Assembly (NCBI GenBank): GCA_050261455.1
Contig: JBLNDH010000042.1
Coordinates: 1 to 57,103 of the forward strand
Length of the DNA: 57,103 nt
Direction: 5' to 3'
DNA from: Bacillota bacterium
GTDB lineage: Bacteria > Planctomycetota > Phycisphaerae > Tepidisphaerales > Tepidisphaeraceae
The notes under the pieces were generated by a model. That model saw nothing but the letters and a program-made list of their open reading frames with translations. It was not told the DNA's origin and ran no database searches. A program made the position numbers and the translations under genes. Shown piece by piece: positions 52,501 to 57,103 of the stretch (within the stretch, counting starts at the first letter, position 1; each line of letters begins with the position of its first letter).

Positions 52501-53515
52501 CGTGGTTCCCGTCAAAGGCGCATTCAGCTATCTGCTCAGTAACGCTGGCATCGCGCCCGAAACTCGTCCCAAAACCCGACCCGCATTGAGTTGCGACCGC
52601 GATCGGGTGGTTCCCGGAGAACGGGTGGACGTTCGCGGCGAGAAGACTCACCAGGTCCGCATCCCGGAAAGTGCGCAGCCCGGCCAGCGTCTCTGGATCG
52701 ATTGTGAAGGCGCGGCGATCGACTTCACGGTCGTGCCCCTGGCCGACATCCAGCCCGTTGTTGAAGACAACGTTCTGGGCGTGCGCCTGACGAGCCATCT
52801 CAAGCAGGCGGAGGATTTCACGCTGGCGTTCAAGACCGAGCAGCGCATTCGCCTGGAACCTGATCGGCCCACGCTTGTCACGCTCGACGCCACCCCGCCG
52901 CGCGAAGCGGCCGAAGAGACCCTGCCGCTGATCCTGCGCAGCGGGCCAATGTCACAGCGGATGGAGCTGCGCCTGCGCACGGCTTTGCAGCACGTGAGCC
53001 TCACGCCGCTGGCGGCGAAGTGGACGGGGGGCATCGGCGTTCGGCGGCAACCGGAGGCCGGGGACATGGGAACGACCGGCGCCAGCGTCCACACGCGGTC
53101 CATCGATGTCGGCGGCGTCCACAAGGCTGGCCTGTTCATGCACCCGCCGTATCAGGGGGGCGTCGGCTATGCGTTTGCCCTGTACGATCCCGTCTCGCTG
53201 CCCAGTGGCACGCCCGCGGCGTTCCGCGGCCTCGTTGGCAAAGAGGACGGCAGCGACCTGGGTGACGGCATCCTCTTCAAGCTGGCCGTGGTCGATTCAA
53301 CCGGCACCGAAACGGTGGTGGCGCAGACAACGGTGGCGAAGCACGAGTGGACGCCGCTGGCTGCGGATCTTTCGCGGTGGGCGGGCAAAACCGTCCGCCT
53401 GAAACTCATCGCCGATGTTGGAGTCAAAGATGACTCCAGCGGCGACTGGGCCTGCTGGGCAGACATGCGGATCGAAAGCCTGCAACTGTCGCTGCGCCGC
53501 GCGATCCGAAAGTAA
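49574..53515 (+). CDS. Very large secreted protein of unknown function (CAZyme-context)
   Basis: Start MRTLRPSILFASLLAALLLLSPLDTAWAAE (ATG 49574). ~1313 aa of uninterrupted, compositionally normal ORF. I can name no catalytic motif with confidence. Confidence 0.85.
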   Translation: MRTLRPSILFASLLAALLLLSPLDTAWAAEIVGQRPYEMVWAGRTDDDHPPLIDFEDLTGWRVECKDGKATLERTREQQLFGRYVAKLTYRGEGATPEVRILPPRPVAANQAFDAVTLWVYGNNWGWTTDPSTPQVGITALFEDAAGREFSVRLHTVNWKEWFLLHKRLAGEQIDRAKTGAKFKGLLVTGGRNSDNRVLFFDNLAVFTEQFPPLQFEPRPQRGIAMFPGQSPGVNSGPGKLPFPTRSTTILPDNLVAGYKNALRPAAEGYEFTYEGPDGRLVYRVKPDTGTWSDINTEWTPASAGQEKARPVALQPCVDGGVLLATAKGEVAPEKAEHLGTQAGESAVESRWRLSAAGVSAEVTYNYRMWGKSLVIDVLAPGGNIAEVRFGRAVGLANPRLVTNPFYPAEGGRPAVAVGDAPQGPVFLTGNADWYLSNASTLRGANSIAAQGVIYNGGTRYVPLTNGKRNDCFERFFVTISPRYEEMLPRIANPPSPWKQITGTRLWRAHGASNREHDARYWENVHRHGMTQVVVTDHETIWRDEGESFTFRTRAAPGKGGDKGAFDYARLMQDKLGFVYGPYNNYTDFAPVNEFWNVDMVSRDPQNQLQHAWMRCYAPKPARAVEYCARLAPQIQEKFKFSTAYCDVHTAVAPWHRVDYDPRVPGAGTFAAVFYAYGEIMLHQKKAWSGPVYSEGNYHCFYMGLTDGNYGQDQSYQLAENPWLVDFDLRRMHDLGCNFGMGNLEMFYSNVRQPRNTPEERDAELDRFLAATVAFGHPGFLVMEGGMGNALRSYYMLQQLHSRYCLASAADIRYATGDGKLLDTSHAVASGDYKRSQVVVRYSDGTITAANGSKTERMVVEAFGRKLDLPPNGYAGWTADGVIDVLSGDMGGKRCDYAATPAYLYVDGRGQFVRFTKAAGNGAGICRVLPNGQYEIIPHNGAECGFAVEATKAVALDKDRNELGPAPLRVSRGLTYVVPVKGAFSYLLSNAGIAPETRPKTRPALSCDRDRVVPGERVDVRGEKTHQVRIPESAQPGQRLWIDCEGAAIDFTVVPLADIQPVVEDNVLGVRLTSHLKQAEDFTLAFKTEQRIRLEPDRPTLVTLDATPPREAAEETLPLILRSGPMSQRMELRLRTALQHVSLTPLAAKWTGGIGVRRQPEAGDMGTTGASVHTRSIDVGGVHKAGLFMHPPYQGGVGYAFALYDPVSLPSGTPAAFRGLVGKEDGSDLGDGILFKLAVVDSTGTETVVAQTTVAKHEWTPLAADLSRWAGKTVRLKLIADVGVKDDSSGDWACWADMRIESLQLSLRRAIRK

Positions 53516-53587
53516 CTCGGCGGCGACGGGACCACGCGCAGCATCTCGCAAGAGGCGTGGCCTGCGTCCAACATCCTCGCCAAGGCT

Positions 53588-54697
53588 TCATTTTGCCCCG
53601 ACCAGGGGCGCGAGGGCTTTGGAGAAGGCTTCGGCCTGGCGCATCATGCCCAAGTCGTTGGGATGGCAGCCATCGATGGTGGCTTCGGTGTCTTCGCCGA
53701 GCATCCCTTCACTCGCGAGGAAGAAGATGTTCTTGACGCCGTCGGCGACGAGTTTCTGGTGAATCTCGCGGACGATCTTGCCCTTGATCGTGGGGCAGGT
53801 GTTCTTCACGCTGCAGTCCTCGGCCAGTAGGATCGGGGTGTCGGGTCGGGCGGCGCGAAGCGCTTTCACAAAAGGCTCCACGCGCTGGCTCACCATCTCC
53901 GGCGACATGTTCCACAGGCAATCCAGCACGTACACGGATGCATCGAGTTCGGCGAGCAAGTCGGCCATCGCGGGTTCCATCTTCCCGCTGCCGCTGAAGC
54001 CAAGGTTGATGACGGGCATGTTGAGCTTGCGGCCAACGATGGCGGTGAATGCGAGTCCGGGTCTCGAGGCGCAGCCGCCTTGCGTGATGGAGGTGCCATA
54101 GAAGACGATTGACTTGCGCTTCTGGATCTCGGCAGCATCCGGCACCGAGAGTCGCTTGCCCTTGGGGATGCCGATCTCCACCGAGCTCACGCCGTTGTAC
54201 AGCGGCAAGTACAGCAGGCACTGCTGGCCAGCGGGCGGGGAGAAAGCGGCGGAGTTGGATTCGCCGCCGGGTCTGCCGTTCCCAACAAACGACCACCGGC
54301 CGGAGCTGTCCTGCGTATAGAGGTCGACGCCGCTCACGCCCGTCGCGGGCATGTGGGGCATCGCCAGATTGCCCTTGGGCAGCAGGGTCCAACGCACCTG
54401 GAGGGAGGTGGAATCGGTCGTGAAGCGGATGCACAGTCCGGCGCTATGATGGCTCAGGCCCCAGACGGCCCCGGTCGCTTTTCCTTCGGCTTTGGCGGGG
54501 AGGCGATCGTAGAACGCCTTGGTGTCGGTCCAACCTTTGCCTTCGATGGGCAGGGACTTGCCGTCGTACCAGAGGATCTTGCCATCGGAGCTGGGTGTCG
54601 CCTTTTGCGGATTCGCCTCGGCGGCGACGGCCCGCCCCGCCGCAAGGGTTACGAGAGCAACGAAGAGAACGCGGGTGATCGATTGGATGTTTGCCAT
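53588..54697 (-). CDS. SGNH/GDSL-type esterase with an N-terminal beta-sandwich (acetyl-xylan-esterase-like)
   Basis: 369-aa ORF with a signal peptide. SIVFYGTSITQGG (block I Ser), NLGFSGSG (block II Gly) and DGCHPNDLG (block V DxxH). Confidence 0.85.
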   Translation of the reverse strand: MANIQSITRVLFVALVTLAAGRAVAAEANPQKATPSSDGKILWYDGKSLPIEGKGWTDTKAFYDRLPAKAEGKATGAVWGLSHHSAGLCIRFTTDSTSLQVRWTLLPKGNLAMPHMPATGVSGVDLYTQDSSGRWSFVGNGRPGGESNSAAFSPPAGQQCLLYLPLYNGVSSVEIGIPKGKRLSVPDAAEIQKRKSIVFYGTSITQGGCASRPGLAFTAIVGRKLNMPVINLGFSGSGKMEPAMADLLAELDASVYVLDCLWNMSPEMVSQRVEPFVKALRAARPDTPILLAEDCSVKNTCPTIKGKIVREIHQKLVADGVKNIFFLASEGMLGEDTEATIDGCHPNDLGMMRQAEAFSKALAPLVGAK

Positions 54698-54719
54698 CGG
54701 TTACACCTCTTAACCCGAT

Positions 54720-55260
54720 CTAGCGCAGCACCTCGCCACGTCGCAGCGCCTTGATGAGGTTGTCGAAGCTGTCCCATTCGCGGTAGGTGCCGCACTTGAA
54801 TTCCTTGCCAAGGGCCTCAAGCTCGTCAAGCATCTTGTCGCGAGAAGGCAGCTTGATGCCTTTCTTCGCGGCAGCCTCGGCGATGTCGAAATTGTAACGT
54901 GTAGCCAGCGTCGTGAGAATCGAGGCGTACTGCTGGCGGACGTGGGCGCTCGTGCGGGGATCGTCCTTTGTCGCCTCAATGGCCTTCTCGAACATCGCGT
55001 TACCCCTGAAAAGATCGTCCGGAGTGAAGACGCCCCTGCAGTCGGGCTGATAGGCGCCGCATCCCTTCAGGCCGGAGCGGATCGTCTTGAGCATCTGCAG
55101 GTACTCTTTGATGTAAGGAGCGCCCTTGCCGCACGCGCCGTCGCACCACTGGTTGATGAGCTGAAATTCGCCCTGGTTGGGATTCCACGAGAGTTTCGCG
55201 AATAGCCAGCAGCGCAGGTCGACGAAGTCGCCCAGCGTTCCCCAGGGCAGTTGGGAGAAT
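54720..55260 (-). pseudogene. DUF4838-type (GH20-related) protein, C-terminal ~180 codons only
   Basis: LPWGTLGDFVDLRCWLFAKLSWNPNQGEFQLINQWCDGACGKGAPYIKEYLQML matches the C-terminal helical region of DUF4838 proteins. No catalytic N-terminal part is present. Upstream sequence belongs to an unrelated opposite-strand fragment. Confidence 0.6.
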
Positions 55261-55586
55261 CGTTCGCTAACACGATCGCACTGAAGGTCCAGCAGCTTCG
55301 GCGCTATGTGAAGAAGGGAACCAATCCGGCGCTCACTGGCCATTTCATCGAAGAACTTGTCGGAGGATTTGTGCAAGACTGGCTTGGGCATCGACAGCTT
55401 GTGACCGGAACGTTTTATTCAGACGAGTTCGAGAAGTCGGGACAAACAGCCCTGCAAATCGATGGTATAGTGTACGATCCAACCAGCGGTCCCCCAGTAT
55501 TGCGGCAGGGCAATTTCGTGGTCGTCCACCCAGTATTCTGCACGCGTGTTCTGGAGGTTAAGACAACCTCTTCAGAAAACCTCTGA
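55251..55586 (+). pseudogene. PD-(D/E)xK nuclease-fold fragment (DUF6602-like), truncated just after the EVK motif
   Basis: KGTNPALTGHFIEELVGGFVQDWLGHRQLVTGTFYSDEFEKSGQTALQIDGIVYDPTSGPPVLRQGNFVVVHPVFCTRVLEVKTT parallels HxxxKGxxxExxxRxFLxxxLPxxxxVxxGxxxD...QxDIIIYD...AVIEVKS. TTG start, then a stop 6 codons after EVK. Confidence 0.5.
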
Positions 55587-55619
55587 AAATTCCATGACCG
55601 ACTCAGGTCCATTCACCAG

Positions 55620-56105
55620 TTGTATTTGCACCACCTGACCACGACGCAAGTTATGGGGATAGTGATTGCTGACCCCGACCCCGAAGCCAAGTCGGCCATT
55701 GTCTTTCCAGACGGGACCAAGCGATGGGCGTATGACCGCTACATGGCGCTGAATCTCACCCACCTCTGGGAGGACTCGCCGCACCTGGAGTTTCGCCATC
55801 ACCAGGGCACACTCAACGTCACCACGGCGTGCATGTGGCTACGCTTCTGCCTGGAACTGGTGCAGCACGCCTGCAACCGCAACTGCCAGGCTGCGAGCGA
55901 GCCCACCGCGAATGATCGGCGCGGCATTGAAGCTCTTCTGACCGTCGCCGGCTTCAAAGTGAACACCAAGGTCTACTGCAAGGTCGCCCCCGAACTCCGT
56001 GAATGCGGCAAGTTCATGCTCAAACGGTGGAAGGGCTTCAACGGCAACTGCTCACTGCGGCAAACCAAGGCCGCAACATCGATTGAAACGGCGGAGGTGG
56101 ACTGA
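55620..56105 (+). pseudogene. Amidoligase_2-family (GS-like amidoligase) C-terminal fragment
   Basis: DRYMALNLTHLWEDSPHLEFRHHQGTLNVTTACMWLRFCLELVQHAC matches the xYxALNLxxL...xEFRxHxGTL...W..F signature near the family C-terminus. The N-terminal catalytic ~150 aa are missing. Its stop overlaps the next start (TGAtATG). Confidence 0.55.
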
Positions 56106-56106
56106 T

Positions 56107-56871
56107 ATGTGCGGAATCATCGGGCTGGTAAATTTCTCGCAAGAAGACTGGCGGCAGAGCCACGCCTTGCTGCGGGCGTTGTTTCTCGCCTCGGAGTCTA
56201 GAGGCAGGGACGCGACAGGATATGTAGCTCAACTCCACCGTATGGACGAGCCGTTCGTGGGCCGCACCATCGTCGCCAAAGCGCCCATTACTGCCAGCCG
56301 CTTTGTTGAGGACAATTCGGTGTTTCGGAGGCTGAGGCACCAGCGATGCTCCGTCTTCGTCGGCCATGTTCGCGCCGCTACTCATGGAGCAGCCGATACC
56401 GGCGACAATCGCAACAACCACTCGTTTGTCGGCGAGGATGGTCTGTACCTCGTCCACAATGGCGTCGTCTTGAACCACAGAGAGGTCGCCGATGCCCACG
56501 CCCTCCACCTCGAATCTGAATGCGATTCCGAGGTACTGCTTCGGCTGATTGAAACGGAGGAACATCGCGCACTCGGGCTCGACCTGTGCCTGCGCGAAGT
56601 TCAGGGGTCGATGGCCATCGCGGTGTTCGACAGCGCGGCCGGTCTCGTCTGGCTGGCGAGGAACAAGGGCCGGCCGCTGTGGCTCGCGCGGTTGGAGCGG
56701 GACCGCCGGTGGTTCTTCGCATCAACGGGCACGGTTATCCTTGAGGCATTCCGAAAGGTGCTCGGCAAGGCGGAAAGTCGGTTCGACTATTTTGCCCCGA
56801 TTCCCGAAGATACGCCACTGGCTATCGCCCCTCATGGTGTCGTGCTGGCACCGCTGTCCGGTCCTTCCTAA
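56107..56871 (+). CDS. Class-II (Ntn) glutamine amidotransferase-like protein
   Basis: MCGIIGLVNF has the N-terminal nucleophile Cys directly after Met. RGRDATGY, GHVRAATHG, HNGVVLNH, SECDSEVLLRLIE. 254 aa. Confidence 0.8.
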   Translation: MCGIIGLVNFSQEDWRQSHALLRALFLASESRGRDATGYVAQLHRMDEPFVGRTIVAKAPITASRFVEDNSVFRRLRHQRCSVFVGHVRAATHGAADTGDNRNNHSFVGEDGLYLVHNGVVLNHREVADAHALHLESECDSEVLLRLIETEEHRALGLDLCLREVQGSMAIAVFDSAAGLVWLARNKGRPLWLARLERDRRWFFASTGTVILEAFRKVLGKAESRFDYFAPIPEDTPLAIAPHGVVLAPLSGPS

Positions 56872-56896
56872 CTCCGAGATCCTGCCGAACTACTCA

Positions 56897-56927
56897 CCCA
56901 TCCAAAACCAGAAACGGTTTGGATGGG
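56897..56927 (+). terminator. Stable hairpin 26 nt after the amidotransferase stop (no U-tract)
   Basis: cccatccaaa(a)cc-agaaac-ggtttggatggg: a 12-bp stem with one bulge. Confidence 0.3.
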
Positions 56928-57103
56928 TCGAGGGCGGATCGTGCAGGAGGATCGCGGGAGTGTGTCCGAGTGTGTGCTCATGATCATTCCCCACACTATG
57001 GACGACCTGCCATCTTGGATGGGTCTATTCCTGCTGGATCCATCGACCAGAGACCCTGGTGCCCAGCCCCAGAAGTCACAGGCCCATCAGCCGGCGGAGG
57101 ATG

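Noticed and set aside
50621-52798. 725-aa minus-strand ORF (and the 334-aa ORF at 49583-50587)
   Set aside because: Antisense to the ~1300-aa secreted-protein gene. Arg/Gly/Ala/Val-rich without motifs.

Overview
This is a high-GC bacterial window. By eye most lines are about 57-65% GC, and several accessory blocks are near 50%. The gene content looks like a PVC-type (Planctomycetota/Verrucomicrobiota-like) polysaccharide degrader, but the taxon is inference only. Two CAZyme-rich chromosomal arms occupy 1-14.26 kb and 45.6-55.26 kb. They carry GH51-like, GH43-type and GH50-like hydrolases, CE1-type and SGNH esterases, a CotH kinase-like protein, a beta-lactamase-fold hydrolase, a metallophosphoesterase, a nucleoside-hydrolase/beta-helix fusion and a roughly 1300-aa secreted protein. 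Between the arms lies a mosaic integrative/defence island of about 31 kb (14.27-45.5 kb). The island holds one full-length tyrosine recombinase, two homologous integrase remnants in inverted orientation, and three smaller integrase scraps. It also holds three tRNA-3'-end-like att fragments, a primase-helicase/DUF3987 replication module, and decayed defence genes (a DUF499/BrxC-like protein with a dnd-associated methyltransferase, and a DUF2290-like protein with an SF1 helicase). IS200 and IS256-type scraps, an apparently intact poly-3-hydroxybutyrate catabolic cassette, and an AT-richer block encoding a CorA-like membrane protein and a GH15-like protein are present too. Three structured non-coding arrays stand out: 13 TTGCC(C/T) hexamers at 26.4-26.9 kb, CTTTG/CAAAG 13-mers at 38.46-38.68 kb, and 3 tandem repeats of about 125 bp at 38.96-39.29 kb. 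A second patch of mobile/defence fragments starts at 55.25 kb (PD-(D/E)xK fragment, amidoligase fragment, class-II GATase). Many genes carry in-frame stops, frameshifts or truncations. I found no rRNA, no complete tRNA and no CRISPR array. All family assignments come from motif recognition by eye, and no searches were run.
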